Numbered from the stretch's first letter, positions 30,652-41,376 are shown. The stretch: 64,000 nt of DNA from an uncultured Thermodesulfobacteriota bacterium (GCA_964580455.1 CAZOKO010000001.1:2992-66991); one strand, 5' to 3'. The notes: generated from the sequence alone by a model not told the origin. Made by a program: numbers and translations.

Positions 30652-31673
30652 TAAGACTCCTCTTCAGAAAAAGGTCCAAAATTATCAATCGCATACTGAT
30701 AAATCTCCAGATCTGGTTTACATATTGCTCTAACCCTTTCCCCAACTTCAGGTGTAACCGATCTCCGATACGAATCTGATATAGGGTTTTTCTTTTTGTG
30801 GGGAACTTTCAGTTTAAATCCAAAACGATCTTCAAATTTTCTCTGGAAATCTTCTAAATGCTCTGTAAACCCTATGATCTCAAATTTGTGCAGATTTGCC
30901 TTTGCTCTATATATCGCTGGTTGAGAAGCATAGTCCTCTCCCTTTCTAACACCGCCCAGATATGCCACATACTGATGTCCAAGATGCTTTGCTCTTTCTG
31001 ATTGTAGAAAGGTCATTATATCTTCATCTGTTCTTCCATAATCACGATGTACAAACCTGATGTAAAGGTAAGTTGAAAACCATCTTTCCACAGGATCCCG
31101 CAAGCAGGTAATAAACTTATACTTGCTGCCAAACTCACTATACGCTACTTTACTGAACGGGATGTGACCACTAATGAACTTTATTTTCTTGCCCATGAGG
31201 TACAAAAGCAAAAGCTCGCGATATTTTGGCACGTAGTAAGTCTCAGCCTCATCTGCAAAGTTATCTAATTCCTGATAAAAGGATTTTGCAGCTCTAAATG
31301 AAGGTGCTGAAGCAATGGTATAATTGGAAAAAGGAAACCATCTTTTAATTGCATCATCAATCGAAGTTCCCCCACACTTATGAATGTGTAAGAAGAAAAG
31401 GTCGGGGAAGTCATTATAGTATAGGTTCAGAGCTCTTTTCATGGGACTGTGTAAAAAAAGAACTCTATCTAAATTCCGATAACATATGCCCACCAAACGG
31501 GCACCCCATTTTACCATAGGCTTGACAATCCAATTCTGAATTTCTGTCATTTGGACACCCTTTCCATGATGACATTTATCATGTACGTAGAAGATAGCTG
31601 ATTTAAAAGATGGTATTAAGACACGTCCAGTCTCTGGTTTGTCGAAAGAACGCGTGCTATATACTTCTGCCAT
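30651..31673 (-). CDS. putative carbohydrate sulfotransferase (Sulfotransfer_2/3-like)
   Basis: 5'-PSB-like motif FLHIHKCGGTSI (compare HIPKTGGT) and 3'-PB-like motif CLRDPVERWFSTYLY (compare RDPxxRxxSxY) with the right spacing. Length 340 aa. Confidence 0.55.
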   Translation of the reverse strand: MAEVYSTRSFDKPETGRVLIPSFKSAIFYVHDKCHHGKGVQMTEIQNWIVKPMVKWGARLVGICYRNLDRVLFLHSPMKRALNLYYNDFPDLFFLHIHKCGGTSIDDAIKRWFPFSNYTIASAPSFRAAKSFYQELDNFADEAETYYVPKYRELLLLYLMGKKIKFISGHIPFSKVAYSEFGSKYKFITCLRDPVERWFSTYLYIRFVHRDYGRTDEDIMTFLQSERAKHLGHQYVAYLGGVRKGEDYASQPAIYRAKANLHKFEIIGFTEHLEDFQRKFEDRFGFKLKVPHKKKNPISDSYRRSVTPEVGERVRAICKPDLEIYQYAIDNFGPFSEEES

Positions 31674-32675
31674 TCATGATACTTTGATATCGGTTAGGTT
31701 AGTAATGATTCTTTCTGCTAGGGCAATCTGCTCTTTAGAGGTTAGGTCACTCTGCCTGAAACTACGAATATGAAATCCGAAAGGAGCACCCTTCCATATA
31801 AATTCTTCCCAGCCATACATGGTCGCGTCTACATAGCCACGCTCACGAAATCCATTGCGTGTATAGTATTCTGGCCGCTTTGGAAGATAACTAAAGCGAT
31901 CAGGAAGCAATTTATTAAGGATCCTATTACTCGCTCGTTGAAAGACTTGTACAGAATCTTCAGAACTAGGTCTGTAAACTGGTTGGAGGCACTCAAAGCG
32001 AATCCTGGAAGACCAGTGATATCTACGGTAGATACGATATCCGGTATCTGGTTGCGTTCCGACTTGTATTCGGTGCTTCAGATCGTCAGCGAATCGGAAA
32101 CCCAAACGGACACTACAGCGCGTGAGTGCTAGAAGGAAGTATTGCAAGATTTGTGATTGCAGTCGGTGTTCCTCTTTGTCATTCTGTTCTCCGGGTCTGA
32201 AGTCCAATGTCCCTATGTTAATCCGCTCTAGATCGATAAAGAGGCAGTGTACACAAGGAAAGTAGCGGTATTTTCTGATCCATTGTGGATGCCAAGGAGC
32301 ACCAAAGAAGGCCAGGTCGTTCGCTTTCATATACCGAATGACATCATCAATCCATTTCTGCCGCACAATGTAGAAATCCGGATCAAGAAATACCAAGAAC
32401 CTAGTATCCACGAATTTGATAGCCTTGTTCAGAGCAGCGCCATGGTGGTAGCTAGCTGGCGCCCACTTGTTGGCGTCCTTCTCATAACCGTTTAGAACGT
32501 GGAAATGATCGGAACTGAGATTCAAAGCGTCCAGTGACCCAGGTGGCGTATTCTCAACGACCAACCACGCTATCTTGTGGGAATGATTTAAGAGCGTCGT
32601 TAACTCCCAGTTCAGCTCAAGATGCTTCTTGCTATGAAATGATACTGAACATATTGTCAGGCTAGATTCGTACAT
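31674..32675 (-). CDS. putative GT-A-like glycosyltransferase (unassigned family)
   Basis: …FLVFLDPDFYIV… DXD-like motif in an α/β context. No confident family assignment. Confidence 0.3.
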   Translation of the reverse strand: MYESSLTICSVSFHSKKHLELNWELTTLLNHSHKIAWLVVENTPPGSLDALNLSSDHFHVLNGYEKDANKWAPASYHHGAALNKAIKFVDTRFLVFLDPDFYIVRQKWIDDVIRYMKANDLAFFGAPWHPQWIRKYRYFPCVHCLFIDLERINIGTLDFRPGEQNDKEEHRLQSQILQYFLLALTRCSVRLGFRFADDLKHRIQVGTQPDTGYRIYRRYHWSSRIRFECLQPVYRPSSEDSVQVFQRASNRILNKLLPDRFSYLPKRPEYYTRNGFRERGYVDATMYGWEEFIWKGAPFGFHIRSFRQSDLTSKEQIALAERIITNLTDIKVS

Positions 32676-32728
32676 AAATGGATTCCTTAGTAACCCATGA
32701 AAGCTAACTTCATAACATCCTATTCCAA

Positions 32729-33820
32729 CTACTCACTACGAATGCCAACAAGATGCCGATAACTATAGATAGACCGAGATGATTGGTTGCCGCGTAACAG
32801 CTTACGAACAAAGCTCCTTACGAATCGCCTGACTGAGACCCTGCCATGATCAGGCCCAGTATCTATAACTGTATATGGAACGTCCAACACTTTTACTCTC
32901 GTCAAATCATAGTATCGAGATAGGACAGAGCTCACTGTAGTAAGCTGCGAATTATATCGAGACCTCTCCCGGTTTAAACTGTAGAGGTTGGGACACTCTA
33001 ACTGATAAACCTTTCGCACATAATGATCGACCAACTCGGTGGTCATCTCTTGGAACGAAACCATGTTGATAGTCAAGTCAAGCTGCTCCACCCGGATGTC
33101 ATCCAGGAAGTAATGCGGCAAAAAGATAAAGTCATAGGATTTATAATCTTTCAGAAGGGTTGCCATTGGTCCATCACCGTATGTAAGTACGGAAGCGGAT
33201 GGGAATAACGTTCTTAGATAGACAGCAGAGAAAAGTAATGTCTGAGGTAAATCTATGATGATGTAAGTAATGTTCGGACACAATGTCTTGAACTGATAAG
33301 CAAATCCCCCCCACCCAGCGCCAATCTCCATGACGACCTTCTTCCCCTTCCCTGAGTTGGCGCGAAATTGCGCAAGCAGCCCTGCTTTGCTCAAGGCGAT
33401 CAAAGACTCGTAGTATTTTAACGTGTCAACGTTGAACAGAGCACCATCAATTAGGTGGCCAAATCCCCCAAGTAGTGGAGACTCAGACACCAGCAAATTG
33501 CTGTCATCTTGTTGTCGCAGTACCTGCAACTTTCTGGCAAATGCTTCTCGCTGATGTGTATGATGGCCCCGATAGTCGAAGACGCGCACTCCGGTTAGGT
33601 GATAGCAATGATGCCTCAGCTTTTCGATTATTAGGGGAGAAGCATCAAGCATGTACTCAAAGCCTGCCAGTTCCTCTTCCCAATAATTGCTGAGATTGTC
33701 GGTGTGAGCAGCGACATGGTTTATCATCTTAAATACGACTTCACGTACTTCAAGGTAAATGCGATACTCTCTACTTCGTCTGGCATTCTCTACAGAATCC
33801 ACTAAAGCACTATATCTCAT
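32729..33820 (-). CDS. class I SAM-dependent methyltransferase with ~150-aa N-terminal extension
   Basis: Motif I VVMEIGAGWGGFAYQF and a downstream acidic motif. Confidence 0.55.
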   Translation of the reverse strand: MRYSALVDSVENARRSREYRIYLEVREVVFKMINHVAAHTDNLSNYWEEELAGFEYMLDASPLIIEKLRHHCYHLTGVRVFDYRGHHTHQREAFARKLQVLRQQDDSNLLVSESPLLGGFGHLIDGALFNVDTLKYYESLIALSKAGLLAQFRANSGKGKKVVMEIGAGWGGFAYQFKTLCPNITYIIIDLPQTLLFSAVYLRTLFPSASVLTYGDGPMATLLKDYKSYDFIFLPHYFLDDIRVEQLDLTINMVSFQEMTTELVDHYVRKVYQLECPNLYSLNRERSRYNSQLTTVSSVLSRYYDLTRVKVLDVPYTVIDTGPDHGRVSVRRFVRSFVRKLLRGNQSSRSIYSYRHLVGIRSE

Positions 33821-33846
33821 TAAGACCCTCCATCATCATTCTTGCG

Positions 33847-34569
33847 CTACTTCACACGACGCAGCCACCCGTATTGGTGAAACGAAAATAGATTTCGCCG
33901 CCATAGCTTGTCATCTCGAACAAAGTTGCTGTTGTTTCTTAAGAACTCGTTTACTGCTTCAAGTGGACCAGGTCCGAAATCAGGGACAACAGGGTGTCCG
34001 TTAATATTCGTGTCCTCCACAACAAGGTAACAACCCACATCAACAAATCGGCTATATATTTCAAGTTCTCTTAAGACGTGTTCATAACTGTGATCCGAGT
34101 CCAATGACACCAGCCCATTTTGTGTGGTGAGAAGGTCTTCTACAGACTCAACCGTTTTGGCATCAACCGAGTCTCCCTCTATTAGGTGGATTCTTGAATG
34201 GCTGAGACTTCTAGCTTCAGCGGTAGTTTCAATATCTATACCTATCACTATTGCGTCTGCATCAGCACCGATCAAGTCCAAGATGTGCGCAAAGTATAGG
34301 ATTGAACCTCCATACGCTACACCTGTCTGCAAGATAAAGGCTGGCCTCTCATGATGTATGAGTTCTTGATAGAGCAAGAGGTCAAATGGCAGCTGTCTTA
34401 TTGGGTATCCGAGATATTTGTTCTTCCTCCAGCCCCTGGTATTATAGTATAGGCGATGGAATCTATCTATGACTATTCTATCGATTAGTCGAAATATATT
34501 GGAACTCAGACGAGACAACCTCATGTCTGCCAACCGTGGTTTTGTTTTCATATTTAGAATATACCTCAC
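33847..34569 (-). CDS. CmcI-family (cephalosporin hydroxylase/rhamnosyl O-methyltransferase-like) methyltransferase
   Basis: …[26 protein letters not shown]… matches the CmcI (PF04989) core. Confidence 0.6.
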   Translation of the reverse strand: MRYILNMKTKPRLADMRLSRLSSNIFRLIDRIVIDRFHRLYYNTRGWRKNKYLGYPIRQLPFDLLLYQELIHHERPAFILQTGVAYGGSILYFAHILDLIGADADAIVIGIDIETTAEARSLSHSRIHLIEGDSVDAKTVESVEDLLTTQNGLVSLDSDHSYEHVLRELEIYSRFVDVGCYLVVEDTNINGHPVVPDFGPGPLEAVNEFLRNNSNFVRDDKLWRRNLFSFHQYGWLRRVK

Positions 34570-34668
34570 TCACTCCTATCCTAGAGCAATAGTATTCCCT
34601 GGCAAGAACGGGCGCACTATACTCCAGAGCAGTCAGTCTCCTCCTTGGTCAGGATTTGGTGGCTCGGC

Positions 34669-35307
34669 TCAGGTAATTGACATGGATTTCTTAACAAGTA
34701 TAGCATTTAACAATGTTGGAAATAGAGCACAGGAATACTTACTACTCACAAGACCAAACCTCCGCATAATGCGCATAATCACAGTTGGGGCAAATATTTC
34801 CTGACGAGCGAGGTTGGCAGTGAGAGGTAACCTTTCCCCTCTGATTTTTGTGTAATAAAAGGACCTATCCTCTACTAGCTCACATTCAGGGAATAGAACT
34901 GATAAGGAAGCTGGGGTAAATCTCCAATAATCATCGGGAAATGTATGAATTTCCCAGACAAAAGGAACACTTATGAATATCACTCCTCTCTCGGCAAGGA
35001 ATCTACTAATATTCTCTGCCATCTTAAGTGGATACTTGCAATGCTCTAGGACACTAAAACAAATTACAGTCTTAAACTTTTCAATCCCCATTTTGTTTTT
35101 TATCAATTCATAATCCGAAGTAAAATCACAAACAACATCAACGCCTTTACCCGGTTCCTGATCAACCCCTATGTAGGTTTCGGTCTTAAATAATTGTCTG
35201 AAGTCATTTGCATTTCCGTACTGTTTGCTTCCTACCTCCAAAATATGCCCTTCAACCATATGACGATTCTCAATTACGAAATCTAGTTGGTTTTGGTGTC
35301 CCGACAT
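34669..35307 (-). CDS. class I SAM-dependent methyltransferase
   Basis: Motif I ILEVGSKQYGN. Start placed at the ATG forming a TAATG overlap with the wzt stop (35305–35309). The longer ORF-track start would overlap wzt by 73 bp. Confidence 0.6.
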   Translation of the reverse strand: MSGHQNQLDFVIENRHMVEGHILEVGSKQYGNANDFRQLFKTETYIGVDQEPGKGVDVVCDFTSDYELIKNKMGIEKFKTVICFSVLEHCKYPLKMAENISRFLAERGVIFISVPFVWEIHTFPDDYWRFTPASLSVLFPECELVEDRSFYYTKIRGERLPLTANLARQEIFAPTVIMRIMRRFGLVSSKYSCALFPTLLNAILVKKSMSIT

Positions 35308-36611
35308 TAGCTTAGCTCCTGTCTTTTGGTAATCCATTGTAAGAGCGGGCGAACCACTCCGGGCATCTCTCCCCCCCAATCGCCACGCGCGGAATTGCCA
35401 CTAGCATTATCCACTATCTGAAAGGCTATAACGTCTTGCTCACGTACATGCTTGACAGTCGGACTTATCGTGCTGATCCCAGCGAAAACAAACACGGTCC
35501 CTTCCGCCATGAGATTGGCGGGTATCCAGGCCATAGTGGTATAACATCCTGTGGGTCGAGGCTGTTGACGCCATTCAGGGTCTGTGTCTATGGCAGTGAA
35601 GATTACCATACCATACTGGTTGGTGAGACGAAAAACCGGTGTGAGTACGACATCAGGCTTGAGCACATTGTACCGCATTACGAGTGCAAAAGGTCGGCAA
35701 ATATCAATCGCTTCACTTACCTTTCCATCTTCGTTCTGGACGTACACAGCTCGTAATCGAACTATATCGTCACCCGGTGCATTGTTGAGTTTACGCCATT
35801 CTCGCTTTGCCACAGTACCTAGATCAGACTGAAGATAGGTAGCTACAACCTGTTGAGAAGGCCCATCTTGTATAACCTGACCCTCATTCAACAATATCGT
35901 GCGTTGACACAGTCGAGTAATAGACGGCATACTGTGAGAGACAAACAACACCGTCCGTCCGCCTACTCCGATCTCACCCATCTTCTCCAAGCATTTCTTC
36001 TGAAAGCGGATATCCCCCACTGCCAGCACTTCATCCACTAGCAATATCTCCGGCTCCAAGTGGGCTGCCACAGCAAAGGCTAGGCGCACATACATACCGC
36101 TGGAATAGTACTTCACTGGTGTGTCTACGAACTTCTCGAGCTCAGCAAAGGCCACGATCTCGTCGAACTTGCGGTCGATCTCGTCCCGTTTCATCCCCAG
36201 GATGGCGCCGCTGAGATAGACATTCTCCCGCCCGGTCAGCTCGGGGTGGAAGCCAGTGCCCACCTCCAGCAAGCTGCCCACCCTCCCGTGGATCTCAGCA
36301 CGGCCTTCGGTCGGCTCGGTGATGCGGGAGAGGATCTTGAGCAGCGTGGTCTTGCCCATCCCGTTGCGTCCAATGATGCCTACAACTTCGCCATGTTTAA
36401 CCTCGAATGAGACGTCCTTAAGTGCCCAGATGAAGTTAGTTGATGGCTGATGGCTCGTGGCTGATGGCCGATGGTCGGTTCTTCTAGCCCGACGGCGGAA
36501 AGGTGAAGAGAAGGCATTCGCTATGCTCTCCCGAAGAGTCTTATAGCCTACAAACTGACCTACACGATAAAGCTTACCTAAGTTTTCTGCTTTGATGGCG
36601 ATGTTGCTCAT
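35307..36611 (-). CDS. wzt: ABC transporter ATP-binding protein Wzt/KpsT-type with C-terminal carbohydrate-binding extension
   Basis: TagH/Wzt-type N-terminus (MSNIAIKAENLGKLYRV…), Walker A GRNGMGKTT, signature YSSGM, Walker B LLVDEVLAVGD. A ~170-aa C-terminal non-ABC extension fits the Wzt_C β-sandwich described for O-antigen terminal-cap recognition. Confidence 0.75.
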   Translation of the reverse strand: MSNIAIKAENLGKLYRVGQFVGYKTLRESIANAFSSPFRRRARRTDHRPSATSHQPSTNFIWALKDVSFEVKHGEVVGIIGRNGMGKTTLLKILSRITEPTEGRAEIHGRVGSLLEVGTGFHPELTGRENVYLSGAILGMKRDEIDRKFDEIVAFAELEKFVDTPVKYYSSGMYVRLAFAVAAHLEPEILLVDEVLAVGDIRFQKKCLEKMGEIGVGGRTVLFVSHSMPSITRLCQRTILLNEGQVIQDGPSQQVVATYLQSDLGTVAKREWRKLNNAPGDDIVRLRAVYVQNEDGKVSEAIDICRPFALVMRYNVLKPDVVLTPVFRLTNQYGMVIFTAIDTDPEWRQQPRPTGCYTTMAWIPANLMAEGTVFVFAGISTISPTVKHVREQDVIAFQIVDNASGNSARGDWGGEMPGVVRPLLQWITKRQELS

Positions 36612-37003
36612 GGATTATCCTTGATAGGAGACCGATGACCGTGGACGGGAACACCTAAAGCTTTCCGAAAAGCTTGCAATTTAACAAAAATCTCGTGCCC
36701 AAATTCCCTTATTTCCATAAGTAAATCACTGGATAAATAGTCTCGTCGTTCTATGATATCCAAACATGCTATTGTCTCCAAATAGGATCTCAAAGCCAAT
36801 CCAAGAAAACGGTTCTGCTCTGCATTGGTTTGTCCAGTTGAACCCTCTGCAATATTCAGCACGACAGAAGTTGCTGCTCGCTCTAATTGGTTCCGTAGAT
36901 TGAATCGCTCTGAGACAGGTAGCTTGCTTGAACACCCATATATTTTGTCAACATAATCCAAAGCCAAACGGTAAACATCCAGACGCTGAAACTTGTATTT
37001 CAT
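36608..37003 (-). CDS. four-helix-bundle protein (23S rRNA intervening-sequence protein/Avd-like, TIGR02436-type)
   Basis: KYKFQRLDVYRLALDY…LPVSERFNLRNQLERAATSVVLNIAEG… is typical of the family. Start set at ATG 37003, which has a GGAGGA Shine-Dalgarno 6 nt upstream. The stop overlaps the wzt start by 4 bp. Confidence 0.7.
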   Translation of the reverse strand: MKYKFQRLDVYRLALDYVDKIYGCSSKLPVSERFNLRNQLERAATSVVLNIAEGSTGQTNAEQNRFLGLALRSYLETIACLDIIERRDYLSSDLLMEIREFGHEIFVKLQAFRKALGVPVHGHRSPIKDNP

Positions 37004-37041
37004 ATATCCTCCGTTTCCAGTCTCTTGTCTCCTGTCTGCTT

Positions 37042-37899
37042 TCATATCACATCAGCAAAGGTTCTTTCACTACGTCGGAAATAAAACGCCCCTGAAATCA
37101 ATACCACTATTACAATTATAACAGAGATGGCCATCAAAGAGCCAGGCGGCGCTTTACCTAAAAGAGCCCAGCGGAAACCCTCAATTACTCCAGCCATGGG
37201 ATTAAATCCATATATTATTTGAAATTTCTCTGGCAGGAGGCTCGATGAATAAACCACTGGCGATGCAAAAAGCCATAGTTGAATTACAAATGGTATTACA
37301 TAGCGCACATCGCGATATCTTACATTTATTGCCGAGAGCCATAGGCCCACTCCTAAAGCAGTCATCAACGTTAGAAGGATAAATGCTGGCAACCAGAGTA
37401 TTTGGATAGTGGGAGGATAACCATAATAAAACATCATACCGATCAAAATAGTAAAGGCGATAGCAAAGTCAACCAGAGGGGAGAGGATACCAGAAAGGGG
37501 CATAACCAGCCTGGGGAAATATACTTTCCGAACGAGATTAGCATCCTGAACAAGGATGTTGCTTGAACGTGTTATGCCTTCAGCAAATAAGGTCCAGGGA
37601 AGCAATGCAGCATAATTAAACAGTGGATATGGGACCCCCTCTGAAGGAACTTTCGCCAGGTTGCCGAAGAATAGAGTAAATACTACCATCATAAAAAAGG
37701 GCTGGATAATTGCCCAAGCAGCACCCAGGAGTGTTTGCTTATAGCGTACTTTAATCTCCCGCCAGGTGAGAAAATACATCAGTTCGCGATAGATCCATAA
37801 ATCCCTTAAGTTTATTGGTATCCAACCCCTTGTGGGACGAATAACCACCATAGGCAATGAATTTATATTTGATTCACGCTTAAAGATATTCGCTTTCAT
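37042..37899 (-). CDS. wzm: ABC-2 type polysaccharide export permease Wzm/KpsM-like
   Basis: 285 aa with six predicted TM segments and ABC-2 family features. It lies immediately upstream of wzt. Confidence 0.75.
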   Translation of the reverse strand: MKANIFKRESNINSLPMVVIRPTRGWIPINLRDLWIYRELMYFLTWREIKVRYKQTLLGAAWAIIQPFFMMVVFTLFFGNLAKVPSEGVPYPLFNYAALLPWTLFAEGITRSSNILVQDANLVRKVYFPRLVMPLSGILSPLVDFAIAFTILIGMMFYYGYPPTIQILWLPAFILLTLMTALGVGLWLSAINVRYRDVRYVIPFVIQLWLFASPVVYSSSLLPEKFQIIYGFNPMAGVIEGFRWALLGKAPPGSLMAISVIIVIVVLISGAFYFRRSERTFADVI

Positions 37900-37966
37900 T
37901 CCTCAGTTACCACTTTTCATATTATTCTAACAAACTTCACTTATCAGGCGTAATATACCATTAAGC

Positions 37967-38908
<942 letters not shown>

Positions 38909-39027
38909 TTATCTCACTAAGCAATCAAGTACTGTTCAAAACTTCAATACAGAGCACGGGGAATTTAAAAAAATATTCAATTAACTGTAGAGTTAAACTT
39001 TTTTCATGCAGTTTCGAATACTTTAGT

Positions 39028-40158
39028 TCATCTCTCAATCAACCTGTTCTCTGCCCAGCGAATGCCATGTTTCTGCAATATCTTTTTCCCATCACCTTTA
39101 GGGGTGAGACCGGTAGATTCCACATCTGCATCTATCATTATCTTTACCAAGTCCTCAAACATCACTTTAGGTTCCCAATCCAATCTTTTTCTGGCTTTAG
39201 AAGTATCGGCAAGAAGATACCCTACCTCGGTAGGCCTAAAGTAGCGAGGGTCAATTTCGACAACAACATCTCCATGTTTAATATTTAACACACCCCTTTC
39301 TACTTCTTTGACAATTCCTTTTTCACCAAGACCGCTTACCTGCCATGCTATCTCAATACCTGCGTAACTAAAAGCAAGCTCCACAAACTCCTTTACTGAG
39401 TGACTTTCACCCGTACCAATTACATAATCATCAGGCTCATCCTGTTGCAAGATAAGTCTCATACATTCAACATACTCTGGAGCAAATCCCCAGTCTCTTT
39501 TGGCCTCTAAGTTACCCAGATAGAGTTTCTTTTGCTTTCCTGCAAGAATATTAGCTATAGCTCTGGTAATTTTTCTGGTAACGAAAGTTTCTCCCCTCCT
39601 TGGGCTTTCATGGTTGAACAGTATCCCATTGCAGGCAAACATTTTATATCCTTCTCTGTAATTTACTACCATCCAATAGGCATAGAGCTTTGCACAAGCA
39701 TAAGGACTTCTCGGTTTAAAAGAGGTATCTTCATTCTGGGGAGGAGACGAGGTACCAAATATCTCCGAAGAGGAGGCTTGATAAAATTTCGTCTTGGTAC
39801 CACTCCTCCTTAAGGCCTCAAGTAATCTTATGGTTCCAAGAGCTGAAATATCTCCTGTATACTCTGGCATGTCAAAACTTACTCGAACATGGCTTTGCGC
39901 ACCCAAATGATATATTTCATCTGGCTCAATGTTATAAATAATATTAGTAATCTGTTCGGCATTTGATAAGTCCCCATAATGGAGAAAGAGTCTTGCATTC
40001 GGCGTGTGAGGATCAACATAAATATGTTCAATTCTCTCAGTGTTAAATGTGCTTGCCCTCCTTATAATTCCATGGACTTCATACCCTTTTGATAAAAGAA
40101 GTTCAGCAAGATATGAACCATCTTGACCAGTAATACCGGTAATGAGAGCCTTTTTCAT
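39028..40158 (-). CDS. gmd: GDP-mannose 4,6-dehydratase
   Basis: Classical Gmd N-terminus [22 protein letters not shown] and a 376-aa length. Confidence 0.88.
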   Translation of the reverse strand: MKKALITGITGQDGSYLAELLLSKGYEVHGIIRRASTFNTERIEHIYVDPHTPNARLFLHYGDLSNAEQITNIIYNIEPDEIYHLGAQSHVRVSFDMPEYTGDISALGTIRLLEALRRSGTKTKFYQASSSEIFGTSSPPQNEDTSFKPRSPYACAKLYAYWMVVNYREGYKMFACNGILFNHESPRRGETFVTRKITRAIANILAGKQKKLYLGNLEAKRDWGFAPEYVECMRLILQQDEPDDYVIGTGESHSVKEFVELAFSYAGIEIAWQVSGLGEKGIVKEVERGVLNIKHGDVVVEIDPRYFRPTEVGYLLADTSKARKRLDWEPKVMFEDLVKIMIDADVESTGLTPKGDGKKILQKHGIRWAENRLIER

Positions 40159-40262
40159 TCTTACCCTCCGTATTAACTATTGTAATCCATAGTGTTCATT
40201 TTTTGAACAATACCATCAAAAAAATTTATGTCAAGTTCATTTTCATCTATTTTTAACCACGA

Positions 40263-40600
40263 AGCTCACGAAGGTTTACAAAGTGTTGAAATGTTACTTA
40301 GCCACAGATTTCACAGATTTTCACAAGAAGGTATTTACAAAAACGCAAACTCACCTATGGCTTCAGCAACTGAAAAAGTTCTGTTTTTCAAATAGCTAAT
40401 TCTTTATATCTAAAATCTTAATAATCTGCGTTTATCTGCGTCCGAGAAATAAATTTCTCATAGTATAAATCCAGTGTTCAATTATTGAACATTGTAAACT
40501 AATATCGGAATATGTCAAGATTTTCTTTAATATTTTGTAGTTATTCACCACAGGGAACACGGAGATGCACGAATCTGCAACCACGAAGTTTACAAAGTGT
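40263..40600. repeat. ~300-bp direct repeat, copy 1 (left flank of TA array)
   Basis: About 92% identical to 43303–43612. It contains the CACAGATT repeats, the 15-bp palindrome GTTCAATTATTGAAC and atctgcgtttatctgcgtcc. Confidence 0.85.
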
Positions 40601-40649
40601 TGAAACAAAATGACAAAACATGTAGATTATAAAGGCTCACATCTCAATC

Positions 40650-41066
40650 TTATACAAGAATCTTTTGAACGGCATCAATTATCTTTTTTGCATATTTGAT
40701 ACAGGTATTAGCATCTTCTTCACTATAAGCTTCATCTGGGGTAATATCCGGCAGGCCGTTTGGATACCTTGTAGGAATGTAGAATCGATCAAGAATAGTT
40801 GCTTCCCTTTTGAGGCTGAGTAGCGAGTTATAAACTTTTAAGTCAATATTTTCCAAATCATCAATCAATTTTTTTATCGAATGGCCCCAGGGATCAGCAT
40901 CAACAAAATACCAAACTGATTTCAAAGCCTTCTCTCCTGCTTGCTGGGCATGAAAGCACGAGTGTGCAAACTTCCCATTCTTTTCCAAAATTACAGCCGT
41001 ATCCAAATCATCTGAAGCTGTTTTCAACCAGCGCTGAGCCTCATTCTTATTTTTATCAATGCTCAT
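40650..41066 (-). CDS. HEPN-domain protein (TA pair 1, putative toxin)
   Basis: HEPN (PF05168-like) helical signature …FHAQQAGEKALKSVWYF…. Confidence 0.65.
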   Translation of the reverse strand: MSIDKNKNEAQRWLKTASDDLDTAVILEKNGKFAHSCFHAQQAGEKALKSVWYFVDADPWGHSIKKLIDDLENIDLKVYNSLLSLKREATILDRFYIPTRYPNGLPDITPDEAYSEEDANTCIKYAKKIIDAVQKILV

Positions 41067-41376
41067 AAATAATTTTCCCTTTATACAAAATATCCTTAAT
41101 AAAATGCCGGTGTGAAATTTTTTCCAGCTCTTCAGGCGTATAGATTAGTATGTCAACAGCATATCCCTTGAAAGTGCTGTAAATTTCATCAAACTGATCG
41201 TACCGCTCAAAGAACCGTTTATTCGTATCCATAATAATCATCAAATCCAAATCACTTTTCCTTGTTTCTTTGCCGATGGCATAAGATCCAAATAGAAAGG
41301 CTTTTTTAACCTTACATTTTTGAAATATTGGAGTAAGTAATTCTTTGATTTTTGTAATACTATTATTTTTTTTCAC
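41056..41376 (-). CDS. minimal nucleotidyltransferase MNT (TA pair 1, putative antitoxin)
   Basis: …AFLFGSYAIGKETRKSDLDLMII… GS-x9-13-DxD NTase motif. It overlaps the HEPN gene by 11 bp. Confidence 0.7.
   Translation of the reverse strand: MKKNNSITKIKELLTPIFQKCKVKKAFLFGSYAIGKETRKSDLDLMIIMDTNKRFFERYDQFDEIYSTFKGYAVDILIYTPEELEKISHRHFIKDILYKGKIIYEH

Noticed and set aside
36608-37045. Diversity-generating retroelement (the Avd-like four-helix-bundle protein is the DGR accessory protein)
   Set aside because: No reverse transcriptase ORF and no template/variable repeat pair with adenine-specific mismatches anywhere in the window. The gene is more simply a stand-alone 23S-IVS-type four-helix-bundle protein.
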